From Epiperipatus broadwayi (taxonomy: Eukaryota; Animalia; Onychophora): 64,000 bases of DNA. Within the stretch, counting starts at the first letter, position 1, and each line of letters opens with the position of its first letter. Shown piece after piece: positions 38,680 to 52,485 of this stretch. Both the position numbers and the translations under genes were made by a program. The stretch is from NCBI GenBank assembly GCA_028023455.1, contig JAQFVV010000003.1:30132001-30196000 (forward strand). Direction: 5' to 3'. The notes below the pieces were generated by a model that did no database searches, was not told the origin of the DNA, and was given only the letters and a program-made list of their open reading frames with translations.

Positions 38680-40785
38680 GAAGATACAATAGAACAGGAA
38701 ATAGGTATTTCAAGATTGCAATGTTCTTAGTAGACAACACAAGAAGTGATCATCGATTAGTGAGATATAGGATACATACATGTTAATGCAAAATTAGAAA
38801 GAAAATTTTATAAAAAAAAACTGTATTCACAGTTGATATTCATTATCTTCAGAAACATTCCAATGAATTTAAATTAGAACTTGCATATCTTTTTCAAATA
38901 TTAATAGATTTTGATTATGATTCAGATTTGAATGAAATCAATACTAATATAACTAATACACTTATAAAAACTGCAACAAAGATAGCTGATACAAAAAAGT
39001 AATAATCACCAGTAAAATTTTTATTGAGACAAGGTAATTTATGAAGTAAAGAAAAAATATAAAACTATAATGATGCATTAAAAAGGATTGAATATTTTAA
39101 ATTTTGTAAAACGGTGCAAAAAAGAATTGATAATGATATAAGATTGTGTAATTGTAAACTAGTAAGAAAAGTTATAGAAGAGAATAAAAGTCCCAAGAAT
39201 GTAAAACAACACTTTGGTATTGGTAGGAAACTTATTTCTGCAAGAAGAAAAAAAGATGGAACTATTACTAAAGAGAAAAATGATATCATGAAATGTGTAA
39301 AAGAGTTCTAATAAAAATTATATAGCACTAAAGAACAAAGAAAAGTACCTCCTACAACCACTACATCTTCTGAATTGCCCAAAATTTTAAATGAAGAAGT
39401 AAGCTATGTAATTAAAATGATAAAGAAAAGCTCCTGGTAATGATGAAATTATAATCGATATCTTAAAAGAAGCAGGTGATGGAATACTTTTTTTTTTTTG
39501 ACAAAGTTGTATACCAAATGTCTAAATGATAAAGATGTACTAGATGATTGGAAGAATGCAGTATTAATATTAATATTTAAAAAAGGTGATAAAGAAGACA
39601 TCAGAAATTTCAGACTTAACAATCAGTTCTATACCAAATTTTTTCAAAATAATAACTTGTTTACAGTGAACTTTGGGTTCTAATCAACCAAAAGAACAAG
39701 CTAGATTTAAAAGTAGTTTTAGTACAATGGATCATATCTAAATATTGAGAGAAGTTATAGAAAGAGTTAATGATTATGAGTTGTCATTATGTTTTGAATT
39801 TGTAGACTATGAAAAGATATTTGATTCTATAATCATTTCTTGAGTGGTTAAAGCATTGAATTATCAAAGTGTAGACTCAAGATACTATATATTGTGAAGA
39901 ATATTTATAAAAATGCAACAGAATAATTAAATTACATAATGATACTAAAAAAATTAATACTGAGGAGAGTGTATGACAAGATGACTCCATATCTCCAGAT
40001 TTTTTTATAATAGTTTTGCAAGAAGTATTTTGTGGATTAAAATAGGAAGTTATGAGAATAAAATAAAATGGAGATCATTTAAGTTGTCTAGATTTGGCAA
40101 ATGATGTAGTTGTTTTTGCAAATAATAACTTTAGTGCTTCACAAAATGTTGCAAGAATCAGCAGATAAAAGTAAGAAACTCAGATTAAAGGTAAATATTA
40201 AAAAACAGCTATAAATATCTTGGTCAGATTATTATCACATATGGAAAGATAATGGATGAAATTAATCATAGAATTAAACTTGGTTAGAGTGTTTTTGGTA
40301 GAAATAATTTAATATTTAAAAGGAAATATGCCTATGTGTTTAAAAAGGAAGGTTTTTTTCATAAATGTATGTTACTAGTTCTTACTTATGGATCTGAAAC
40401 TTGGATACTTAACAAAAGAGCAATGTAGAGATTTCAGACTACTCAAAAAAGTATGAAGAGATGCATTTTAGGAGTAACCATAAGTGAAAGAACAAACAGA
40501 TGGTACTGACATCATTGTAAGAATTAAGAGACTCAAGGGGAGTTGGGCTAGACATATTTCTAGAAGAGATGATAATAGATGGACAGTTGAAATCTTAAAC
40601 TGGATTTCAAGAGATTGTAAAAGATATAGAAAGAGAACGCAAGATTGATTGATGAAATAAGAAAGTGTGCTGGTGTGATGTGGAGAAGAGTAGTTAGAGA
40701 TCAGAGAATATGAATTGAACTTGGAGAGATCTTCATCCTGCAGTAGATTGATAATGATTGAAAATGATGATGATGAAGATGAGAT
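38680..40785 (+). mobile_element. 5'-truncated RTE LINE with intact 3' end and (GAT)n tail
   Basis: RT-region motifs PGNDEIIIDIL, VDYEKIFDS, LTYGSETW; ends GEIFILQ* followed by GATGATGAT. Same family as 1181-4500. Confidence 0.88.
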
Positions 40786-42320
40786 GGCATAACTTCATGA
40801 TTCATATATTTCTAAAAAAGTTCCAATATATTTAAGCTATTATATCACTGCCATAATTTAAAACTTCTGATATTTCATTAGAACTGGCAGTCTTTTTATT
40901 TTTAAGATTCCAAGAGCTGTTTGACTTCACTAAGCTGAATATCTTTGTTCAAATCAAAATGAGCAGATAAAATGGATGTATCATTAAAGCTCACCTTCTC
41001 AATTTTTATATTGTTGTTTAAAGGTGATCAAAATTTTATTTTTATCTGTTCAAAATATCATTGTCATCATATAAGAAAATGTCATTGCTGAATTTAATAG
41101 GATTGTATTCCATTTCTCAGGTCCATATGTTGTTTATAATGCATCAAAAAAGATTTAGAATGACTACGATCAGTGAACATCTATATCTTATTTGCGGTTT
41201 TAATCCATCAATCACTTTTAAGCCTTTCTATCAATCATTTATCATCTGCTTTCAAATCTTTATATTTACTACTAAGTTCTACATTTAATCTCTTATTCCA
41301 TTTCAAGTGGAAAATGCTACATTTGTTTTTGATTAAATTGTCAAAAAACCAATAATAATCCTTTTAATGAACCCAAGAATAAAATACTCATTAAGATAAT
41401 TCTTTGCTTCAATACTCTGATAATTTTAGAAGTCCAAATTAGATATTTTAGTGTCTAATATTTGTTGAAATTAGTATGTATTGTAAATTCTTCTAAAGAA
41501 CAAAAGTTTTCTTGTGAATGCAATTATTATTTTAATCTTGGAGCTGTGCTTATATATGCTCACATAATGTGAAGTACCATTGCATTCTAATTTTTATCAG
41601 TAATATAATATATTAAATACTAACATATGCACTAAAGTCATCAAGAAGAAAAATTTGAATGTTTATTCATATTGCTCTAATAATTCTATCCAACAAGGAA
41701 TAAAAGCTTTCTTTGTTTGAATTCTCTGAATCTAAGATTGGAGCTTAGGCATTAATAAAATGAACACTAGTACCATTGTGCAAGGCACGTTTGACCACTG
41801 TTAGACTTTAATTTATATAACAAGATATTCTAACAATAGAATATACTAAATTAGACTTTAAGTAAATACAACACTATGGATTCTTCTTTCATTGATTGGC
41901 TTGCTTTTTCAAAAAACATTATATCCATCTATCTGTTATATTAAAGTTTCTTCCTTAAATTGATGAGTTTTATTAACAGTAGCTACTCAATCTTAAATCT
42001 TGATATCTCATCTGTCACCATTGAAGTTCTCCATTCTGATCTAGAAAAGTGTATATCAAGGAAAGTTCACATATTCCATGTATCTATATTTAGAAAAAAA
42101 TAGATGAATAATACTTACCTTTTGTATTACTAGTCCCTCTCATTTTACAACTACTGCTGATATTTATTTCTACTGATGTAATAAGTAATTTTTCAGGAAT
42201 GACAACTTAATCAGACTGTGCAAGACAGGCCATTTTTATATCACATTTTAAAGTCATTTCCACTTACATAATGGGCAAGGGCATCTCTAAGGAGGGCTGC
42301 TAAACATACAATCTTTGCTA
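40786..42320 (-). mobile_element. 5' part of a BovB-like RTE (ORF start ~42143, APE, linker)
   Basis: MRGTSNTKGK..LNIDTWN, TSMVTDEISRFKIE, TYGPEK, EVKQLLES..KKTASSNEISEVL. Confidence 0.7.
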
Positions 42321-43479
42321 TCTATAACTTCTATCTCACTCAAATCTAATTTTAAACCAAATGGTTAGTGATTGTATTTCTCTCAAACAAAGATAGTAGC
42401 TAAATATTGCCAACACACTAAATCTATTATCATCATTACTTTCTTAATTCATGAGGATTTGAGCTAAGTTAAAAATGCTTTCCATGTAATTTAAAAAATA
42501 AAAATATTATTGCACAAACACATAATCCCATTGTGACAATTAATATAAGTAAAAGTCTAATGGTTTGAGAGACTCATATTGACTAAGCTCTACAATAACT
42601 TAAGTAAACCATTAAAATATCATATAATAACCATTTCTTTATACGAACTCAAACTTTTAAAACAGTAAACAATTTTTTTCCTCAATAGTGCTACTAAGTG
42701 CAAGCTCTTATAATCAATAGATGCTAGAAGATTGTGCATCGCAATCCCTACCCAGTGTTTCCCATCCAAAATCCCCAAACTAATTTGGATTAAATTGAAT
42801 TTTCAGTTTGGGCTGATAGCTTTATAGTTAGCAAAAAGTTAAAAGATAATGCAGGAGGGTTAATATTTATTAGAGAAAAACCCATATAGATAAAAGTATT
42901 TTCATGAATTTGAACTGAATACTATCAAAGCATCTATATTAAATAAATAACATAATATCTATTTCTAATTTGTAAAACATCTATTTTTTTTGGTAATTAA
43001 ATAAAGTTTTAAGTTACTGCCTGATATAAAAATGCTTTTCCATTTCAAATTATCTATTTGGTTTATATTTGACAATTATAAAACAGTAATAAGTTTTAAA
43101 AATCAATGCAAACTATTTTTTGAATTTCTTTGATTTTAAATATTTTCATATTTATTTCAGAGCATATGCCCAAAGATTGATGAAATTTCAAAAATATAAA
43201 TATGCATATTGCTAAATTGCAACAAAGTTATGAATCAATATCAATTTGATATTTATATGAAAAAAGCATACTAAAACATAGTTCTATGCTGATTGATGAA
43301 TGATATTGAGATCGCAAATAAATTAGCTTAGGAAAGTTGATTAACTGAATATTTTCATGTGACATCAAATGTTATAAGTGAATATTATCAGCACAAACCA
43401 TTTTTCAGTTAAAAAAAACATACTGAATTTTATGTAAACCACAACAAAACATTTTAAAATAATGTAAAAAATTATAACC

Positions 43480-43950
43480 ATTAATTAAATTAATAGGCAA
43501 TAGATGACAGTCCATTAAAATTCAATGATTGATGTCTAGCTAATTGGTTTTATTCATGACCATTAATTATCAATTGATTAAGGCAGTGCTTATATTGTTT
43601 TTGCAATATAATAATTGGCTAATTAAATACAAATTGAATAACTTACATAATACTTATTGATAGTATTTCAAGCTACTTCAAGATAATATGATGCCTTTTT
43701 TCAATAACTTTAACACAGGTAGATTATAGGGTTATATATGGTTCAAGATCACATTCACTTTAAGATCTGCATAAGAAAATGTCAGGTTTTTAGAAGTTTC
43801 CAGATGCTTTTTAATTTTACAGCTATACCATTGATAGGTACTTAAAATTTTAACACTTTAAATGTAGATGAAAAATGCTACTTTTAATTATGCAAGAGTT
43901 ACATGCATTAAGAAGCTATAGCTAAAGAAGAAATAACTTTCAAATAGATT
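43480..43950 (+). mobile_element. Possible highly decayed CR1/L2-type RT fragment
   Basis: Weak resemblance to the KAFD..H..L..KL and GVPQGS regions only. Confidence 0.25.
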
Positions 43951-44684
43951 ATTGTAGAAAAAAGTCCTTTCTAGTATGCTTCTACTGGAAAGCGATGAAC
44001 AAAAAAATAATACTTGCTAACTAGAAATAGCTAAATACCCACTTATTGGTAAATAATTTTAATTCTTTTGGACACTAAAAAAACTCTTAAGTTTCAATTG
44101 TATTCAAATCTGAAGTCAAGGACATGTCTAGAAGAAGAATTAACTTCTGTTCCACAATGTTTGTTATTTTGTATATACACACATATCTACAAGCATTCAC
44201 TGAGTATGTATATATCTAAAAATATTTGTTAAAATATATGGAAAAACTACTAAGACTCAAGAGAATCAATTATCTTCAGACTCACTAGAAAAAAAGATCA
44301 CATTGATGTTAAAAATGACATTACCAGCATTTAAAAAAATGTAAAAATATATACAAGTATAAAAATCCATTTAGAATTGTATTCTATGGATCTTAAATTT
44401 GGAATCCCATAACTGGATTGATTGTGTTAAAAAATTGGAAGCAAAAGCAAACAACCAGAAATGATGATCACTAAGTTATCATAGAAACCTAACATATTTG
44501 TGTATGCATATAATTTTACTTTTGGGTAAACTCACATATTTGATTTTTAAAATAATAATAATAGATTAAAAAGTATTTTTTTTTTGAAAATATAATTTAA
44601 TTGATATAAAAATAGATTTGTTAATGTAAACAATACACTCCAGCATTTTCATTCCTAGATAAATCTGTCACAATAATGATAAAC

Positions 44685-44899
44685 TTTATTAATAACATCT
44701 TCTGTACAGTAAAATTTGGTATCTTCAATGATTGTTATACATTCATTTTCCAAAAGCTGAAACCATTTTAATATATTACAAACTGTGAATGAATCCAAAT
44801 TATCAATTTTCTGACAACTACGATCATAAAACTGAGCTATTTTTACACATTCGTGATGTATAAAACTGTCTTTCAGATGTTCTTCTCGTAATCCAATGT
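44685..44899 (-). CDS. Candidate exon of the minus-strand host gene (phase 1-0)
   Basis: Strong acceptor TTTTTTTTTCCTTTTAG|; 71 stop-free codons IGLREEHLKDSFIHHECVKIAQFYDRSCQKIDNLDSFTVCNILKWFQLLENECITIIEDTKFYCTEDVINK. The donor AAA|GTTTAT is weak, and the frame could instead run on to a stop at 44656. Confidence 0.55.
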
Positions 44900-45305
44900 C
44901 TAAAAGGAAAAAAAAATGTTTGCATTAATCACAACATTCTAAGGAAAACATTCATTAACGAATTTATTTTAATAAAAATAATCTAAGCAGAATATCATTA
45001 TTCCGGAAATCTTGTTTCCTGGATTTATTGAATTAGCATTTTTTTTTTTTTTTGCATTTGAGAATCAAATGCCAAAATAAAATAAGTTTAACATGTAATA
45101 CCATATGAATTAAACAATTATTTGATAATAATTCATTAAAGAATGTTTTCTAAAAAAGTCTAATTAGAAATAAATTTAATGTAAATTATTGTTTATGAAA
45201 AAAATAAATATTTTGTAATGGAGGAGCTTGGATTTTTTCATTTGTTGATATAATTTTTTTGCATTATATAAATTTCATTAATTTTTACCCAGTAATAAAT
45301 ATATA

Positions 45306-45537
45306 TGTTATGTCTACATTAATTTAAATACAAATACTACTCAGTTGTTTTACACTTAACATTTTATTTGTACAATACTTAATTATATTTTACTATGTGT
45401 CTGTATGTACCTTCGTTATAGTGATTTAAATTAGTAAGTCCAACAAACGTGTTGACACCATTACTCAAAAGTCTGTGACTGGAAAATGTTCATCCTGCAG
45501 CTAGCCTTTGTGATGTCTTGTAACCCAAAACATAACA
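45306..45537 (-). repeat. Gypsy 3' LTR (232 bp)
   Basis: TG..CA termini; direct repeat of 52258-52485. Confidence 0.9.
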
Positions 45538-47602
45538 ATCTTTCACTGGACATCGACATTGACATGAAAGGTGATCCTTGTATGGTTTTGAAGATGGTTG
45601 GCAGAGAGGTGTTGGGTTGGTATTGTCTGTGGTTTCTGCTGCCACTAAAGGTGGTGTTTTTGGAGCATCAATAAGTTCCTTTGCCAGAGTTGAGCTGGAT
45701 TGGTCAGTGACAGTCACTCTTGCTCACAATTGATCTATGTGCTTGAGTTGCACCCCTAAGTCTATCCCAACTTCATATGACAAGGGGATTGTTCACTTAT
45801 CTACTGTGGCAGAAATCCAAGGGGAGCTCCTACCAGTAGTTCATGCAAAAACCACATCATCTGGTTAAAATTCACATATTCTCTGCTGTGTATTTGGTGT
45901 GGCTCTTGGGGCTCTATCGAATGCATGAAATCCAAACATGTATAAAGACATCTGTTGAAAAGGATCTCAGCTGGGCTTAATTCTGTGGCTGCAGATGGTG
46001 TGATGTGTTGAGTTAATAGGCATCAAGCTACAAGCTGGCTCCAATTTCCATGTGTGTCATATCTCAGGCTCTCTTTTACTGACTGTATGGCCCTCTCTCC
46101 AAGACCATTACTTGCTGGGTGGTAGGGTGTGACCCATGTGTGCCAGACTTCATTACTGATGAGGAATGTCAAGAATTCTGATGATGTGAATTGTGGTCCG
46201 TTATTGGATACCACACACTCTGGTATTCCATGGGTGGAAAATAGTTCTCGCAGTGCTGCAACTATGCACTTGAAGTCATTGTTTGCATTCTTCGCACCTC
46301 TATCCACTTTGAGTATATATCCCCAACAATGAAAAGCATCTGTCCATTGATGGGGCCTGCAAAATCCAAATGCAATCAAGACCATGGTGTCATTGGTGCC
46401 TCCCAGGGGTATGTTGGAGCATGAGGACATGCATGCCTTATGACTTGGCAATGTGTGCATTTTTTTACAAGATGTTCTATGTCTCAGTCCATTGACAGCC
46501 ACCATACATATGATCTTGCCAATGCCTTAGTTCTTACGATGCCCGAGTGATCCATGTGAAGCTCATTTAGGATGAATTTCTGTAGTGATGAAGGTATGAT
46601 GACATAGGACCCCAACAGCAGACAGTTCTTGTGTGTGGAGAGTTTATTTTGTCTATTAAAAAAAGGTTGCAGTTTCATGTCTGTGGCTTTGTTGGCCAGG
46701 TGGTGAGAATACAGTTTTTTACAGTTGCTAACAAAAAGTCTCTGTGTGTCACTTTTGCCACCTGTTCTGCTATCACAGGAGGATACTCCAATTCTTCCAA
46801 AAACAGGACACTACCAAATTTAGGGCCTTCATATTCGGTTGATGGAAGTGGGTATCTGCTCAATGCATCTGCATTTGCAATCTTCTTTCCTGATCTGCAC
46901 TACAGCTTAAAAGAATAAGCATTTAGTATGTGTGCCCATCTTTGCATTCTGGGTGATAATATTATGGGTGTTGGTTTATTTTAGATAAATATGCCTAGCA
47001 GTGGCTGATGGTCTGTATTTATTTTAAATTTGATTCCAAATAGGAAGTGATGGAAATGTTTAACTCCAAATATTATTGCCAAAGCTTCTCTGTCAATTTG
47101 TGCATAGTTCTTTTCAGCTTTAGAAAAGGTGCATGAGGCAAAAGCAACTGGGGCAGTTGATCCATTGGGAAATTGTGTACTTAGTACTGACCCAACCCCA
47201 TATGGTGAAGCATCACATGTAAGCTGGATCTCCTGGTTAGGATCAAATGGCACCAATGCACTATTAGAGGTCAATGCCTCTTTAAGTTTTTCAAATTCTT
47301 TTCATGTCTCATTGTCCAGGTCCATGTGACATTTGTTGGTAGTAAGTGATGTAGGGGTTTGGCTATGGTTGCTTGTCCCAGAAGGAAATTATTATAGAAG
47401 TTTAAAAGTCCTAGAAATGCTTTTAGTTCTCTTTTGTTCCTTGGGGATTGAGCATTTCTAATTGCATCTACTTTTCTTGGTGACAGGTGGAGGCCCTTAT
47501 TATTGATTTTATATCCCAGTAAATCCACAGTATTTACTCTGAATACACATTTTTCCTTGTTTGCCCTCAATCCACTGTATGTCAGCCTTTCCAACACCAT
47601 AT

Positions 47603-50174
47603 TGTAACGGTCAGAAAACGTGTGACTTGTAAACATAGTGCAGAATTCGACCACCATACAGAACAGCAGCACCATCGAGTAGCAAAGCCACCCGTGGTAC
47701 TGAGTTCGAACATAGTTTATCGGTTCCACAATACAATCCACAAAACAACGCATCTGATGCGACATTAGTAAATATTTCCTTAGGCACGGTGGTCAGGGAT
47801 ATGCAAGAGATTCATGATTTTATTCTCGAGTTAGCCAATAATCAAACTAATATTAATTAAACATTCATATTTACATAATCGAGGAAATATTAGATAGAAT
47901 GGGTATCGAATAAATGAAACGTAATTGCAGACATATAGTTTAAAATTATTTATTAATACATTTTAATAAAACAATCATTAATAATATTTTATGGACTAAC
48001 AGCTTCAGTAGCGGGACTTGCAACATGATTATATTTTAAAGAATACATTTATTTATTTACACATTATTTTATATTGGGGACTCAGTAGCGGTATTTCCGA
48101 TACTGTAATCTTTACAAAGGGAATTCACTTATTTGAAGGCTTAATCTAGCTACCTAAAATTCTCGAGTAAGTATTTCTAATGCATGCCTTGGGGAATTTA
48201 TACCTTTGCAATGCAAGAGTCTAAAGCATGGGTTATAAGAGTAACGGCGGACATATATTTATTTAATTAAAATATTTATTTATAACTAAGGGCAAACATT
48301 TATTTGAGAGTGAATTATAAAGATAATGCAGAGGCGGAGTGATATATAGAATAATAAAACTAAGTAAAGGAACACGTGGTACGCTTTAGAAAGGCGATAT
48401 GGAATGGCAGTATATTGAAACTGCAATGCCGCGAATGAGTTTATAAAACTGTCGGGCTGGTCTCGGCCGCGGCCTGACGAAGTAAGGTGTCACATAAGCA
48501 TAACCAGGGACAAGCGGTACGTGTCACAATTTTCCGGCTGGCTGCATGACAGGTCAAATCCTACAGGAGCATTTATTATGTCCGCTTGTGTAGGACGACG
48601 GGGGTTAATTTCAACCCTAAAGAATCCGGGATATTTATGGCGGAATAGATCATCGCGTCTTTAAAATGTAACACATGTATAAGTATAAACGATTATGATA
48701 AGATTTAAATAGATTTCTAATTCGGCCCCACATTATCAACATTTACTAAAGAACGTTGGTGACTCTCAAAGAAATGTAATTTTATGGAATTATTCATGAT
48801 GATTTAATAAATACAAAACATATATAAATTGGGAATTATTATAACTAATACGTCAGCCCTTTGCGAAGTAGTAGACCCCTGCATTACAAAAAATGATGCA
48901 TTGAATGCGTGTCGATTTATATGAAAGTTAAGTTAGTTATGAAAGCAAATATTAATGAAATTTTGACACGCATTCATTGTTTTAAGCGATCATAGTTTTA
49001 AACTTTGAAAATTGAAATAATTATGAGCATGCAATAATTAAATAATAACTATAGCTAGAAATGTAGATTATAGAAATACGCACCCAAGAAAGATAGAGTG
49101 AGGTAAGCTAGATTATTAGATAAATTTACACATTACATTAATTATTCGATTTAGTTATACAAATGGTAGTTTTTACATTTTACAATTTAGATAAGTAATA
49201 TGAAGAAGAGCTATAGCATGTTATTAGAGGACTCTAGAGTTTGAACACAGACAGGTACCTGTTTTATAAGAAGTTTTCTGATTCCATTAGTTTAGCAGCT
49301 AAAAGTTCACGAGTGGCAAGTCTTTCTTGTATTTAGATATTTCATTTAATTTCACAGCAGCAGCAGCTTTTTCATTTATTTCAGGCAGCAGATCTTCATG
49401 GTGAATTTATGATGGGCAATGGAAAGTTCAGCATCCGATAGGCCATATCCCGATGGAGAATAATCTAGGTGCTTTACTCGGTCATACCTTGGCAGGAACA
49501 AATTATTTTTATATTTTTGGAGACTCTCAGTGTTCGAGAGCAAAGCTAAAGTTTAAGTGAATATCTCCAGCAAGTCTAAGATGGCCTCTTTTCTTATCTT
49601 GATCTCTCACATTTTTGTTAAGATATTTTTAGGTTCTACTTAATCTGCCCTGAGGATAATCAATGCATTTTGTTGGTTTTTAATTAAAGAAAGCTGCCGT
49701 TCTATTGTTTACATTTTACATTTACTAATTATATTTTGGGGAATTTTTCTTTAATTAATCTATTATCTATCACTGACCGATGCTTTTAAATTTCAAAGAC
49801 AAAAGGGAAACATAAGATTATTTTAACTTTTAATTAAATATTACATCAGATTTTTTTAGAATTATTATTAAACGAAATTTAAACAAAGCAATAAATACGA
49901 ACTTTATAATCCAAAATAAATGATTAAAATTATACAAAATTATATAACTAAAAGAAATCTAAATTATATTATTTTATCCCTATTTATTGCCTTTAATTTG
50001 AGATCGAAATGTGTGCGTGTTTATGCTGAATTCTACATATATTTATACATTTTTAATATTGTTACACACCCAATTCGATATCAAAAGGTTTAAATTTGGG
50101 CGGGATAGACCGGTCAGTGAGAGACGACAGAAAAAGGTGAAACTTAAGATTCGAATACGAATCTTTCTGTTTCA
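47603..50174. mobile_element. 2572-bp TG..CA insertion with 4-bp ATAT TSD inside the Gypsy RT; no intact ORF
   Basis: Removing it restores RT ...EKL-H-MVLERL. TSD at 47599-47602 and 50175-50178; ends TGTAACGG / CTGTTTCA. Confidence 0.8.
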
Positions 50175-51148
50175 ATATGTAATTTTTCACATAAGTCACT
50201 CTTCAATGTGGCACTGATTAAGATATTGTCAAAGTATAGATAAACTCCAGGGATATCTCCCAGCAAGTTGTCTATGACACATTGAAATATCCCAAGTGCC
50301 ACACAGATTCCATATTGTAAGCATTTCACACAAAAAGCTCCTCGATGAGTGATGATGGATTGTAGGTTGGCTGATGCCTCATTGACTGGAAGTTGAAGCT
50401 TAGCTTTGGCCAAATTTATTTTTGCAAAAATAGAGCTGGGTGGAAGAGATGCCAAAAAGTGGGGACTGCAGGTATTGGGTATGGGTGGTTCTGGAGGGCC
50501 TTGTTGACAGTCACCTTGTAGTCACCATATAATCTTGCTTATCCTGCAGGTTTGAAGATTAGTACCACCAGTGTTGTCCATATTGAGTTGTTCTTTGGCT
50601 TGATGATTTTTTCTTGGAGCAGTATCTCTAATGTGAGATCCACCTTTTTTTTCATGGCAAGTGGTAATGGCCAGGCTCTCAGTCTAATTGGAGAATAATT
50701 TAGATCCACTGGCAGTGAAATGGCTGGCCCCTTATAAGTTCCTATTGATGAATTGAATACTTGCGGATACTTGCTAATGACATCTTGGATGGATGGTTCA
50801 GTGATACTATGAACTCCTGATAGTGTAATACCAAGAGGTCTGAACCATCATGTCCCAATTGACTTGTGCATGGGCTCTCTACTACCAACAATTGTAAGTG
50901 GCATGTGTCCTTCCCATATTATATAAGCACTATGCATTGTTCTTTAAATGTTATTGCATGATGTTGAAAGTCTCTTAATGTGATATCAACTGGTTGTAAT
51001 TTAGGTATCAGTTCCTTACATATGTCCGTGAATGTATCATATTACATTATAGAATATTGTGACCCTGAGTCAATCTCCATTTTGCATTCTTTGCCATATA
51101 TGTATATATGTGCGATAGTTTTACATGTTGAGGCATTCTGGTGCACTT

Positions 51149-51245
51149 CATGGATGTGATCTATGACTTCCAATTCAGCTGTCATGCACTGGTTACATGG
51201 ATGTGATCTATGACTTCCAATTCAGTCACTGTCATGCACTGGTTA
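51149..51245. repeat. Tandem duplication (47 + 50 bp) inside the Gypsy gag/protease region
   Basis: CATGGATGTGATCTATGACTTCCAATTCAG..CTGTCATGCACTGGTTA occurs twice. Confidence 0.9.
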
Positions 51246-52257
51246 GGTGTCCTCAAAGTATTTCATTGCTTTGCTCGGAAAACATGATGTAGGTGTTCCA
51301 TTCTCCGACAGAAATGGCATTAGGTTCTTTTAAAAGGACATTCTGCTTGTTTGTGCTGACCACTGCATCACAAGGAGTGGTTCCTGACCAAGAGATTTCG
51401 TTGTTTCTTTTGTACACCAGTGTTTGAGGGAGTGGTAGTGACAGAGGATTATTACAGTGAACTGTTGGTCTGTTCCATTGAATAAGGTCTACAGTTGGCA
51501 TTGATGAGCTTGTGGCATGGATTTGCACCTGTAGTGATGCTGCCTCTGCAGCCAAGCTATGCTGAACAGCCATTTCCAAGGTTAATCTTTCTTCTGTTAG
51601 TAGTTTGCATTGTGTTGCCTCATTGTGAAGTCCACAGATGAATTGGTCCTGTAGACACTCTGTAAGTGAAGGTCCAAATTCACAACTCTCTGTCAGATAT
51701 CAAAGGTCTGCCAAGAATGTGCTTACACTTTCTCCCTAGTGCTGGTATATGATGAATGGCTGTGGGTTAAAATACTGTTTTAGAATTTTAGTGATGTCTT
51801 GGTATGACTTTTCCTGAGGTAATGCCGGAGATATAATGGAGCACAGGATACTTAATGTTTTTAGGCCACATGCTGCAAGGAGAGTTGCATGCCTTCTGTC
51901 ATCAGAAATTATGTTATTAGCTTTGCAAAAAAATCCACTTGTAATGCATATGTATCCCACAAGTGTGGTGAGTCGATGTCAAATAATGCCTGAGAGCCGA
52001 TAATAGCCATTATGTGGTATAATAAGTTGATAATTTCAAAATTTATCTGAATGTTTGCATGAGTTTTCTGATCTTTTTTTTTTAAGTGAGAAAGAAATGC
52101 AAGGGAAAGACCCATTGCATGACAGTTTATGACATAACAATAATAATTGCACATTTATTTATGCTAATTGCCTTATGTCTTAAATATATATTTTTTTATA
52201 CAGCATTGATCTTGCTTGCATGTTCATTTAAATATCTCATCTTTGTCACCAATTTTG

Positions 52258-52485
52258 TGTTATGTCTACATTCATTTAAATACAAATACTACTCAGTTGT
52301 TTTACACTTAACATTTTATACAATACTTAATTATATTTTACTATGTGTCTGCATGTACCTTCGTTACAGCGATTTAAATTAGTAAATCCAACAAACGTGT
52401 TAACACCATTACTCAAAAGTCCATGACTGGAAAATGTTCATCCTGCAGCTAGCCTTTGTGATGTCTCATAACCCAATACACAACA
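52258..52485 (-). repeat. Gypsy 5' LTR (228 bp)
   Basis: TG..CA termini; followed on the minus strand by a PBS-like sequence. Confidence 0.9.

Larger units (their letters stand above)
45306..52485 (-). mobile_element. Degenerate Ty3/Gypsy provirus (K02A2.6-like) with two LTRs
   Basis: LTRs 45306-45537 and 52258-52485; ATATA on both flanks; PBS-like TGGTGACAAAG next to the right LTR. Gag (FCKANNI..RRHATLL), protease MEIDSGS, RT (YFDNILIS, NKEKCVF), RNase H (TCDASPYGVG, TDHQPL), integrase (NGPQFTS, PYHPASNGLGER). Confidence 0.92.

Noticed and set aside
42115-42200. Strong minus-strand splice donor AAAG|GTAAGT with an upstream open frame
   Set aside because: The frame continues through the site as MRGTSNTKGKYYSS..LNIDTWN, the start of the RTE endonuclease ORF.
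48440-48500. CTGACGA hammerhead-like core in the 2.57-kb insert
   Set aside because: No GAAA at a usable distance and stem I does not pair.
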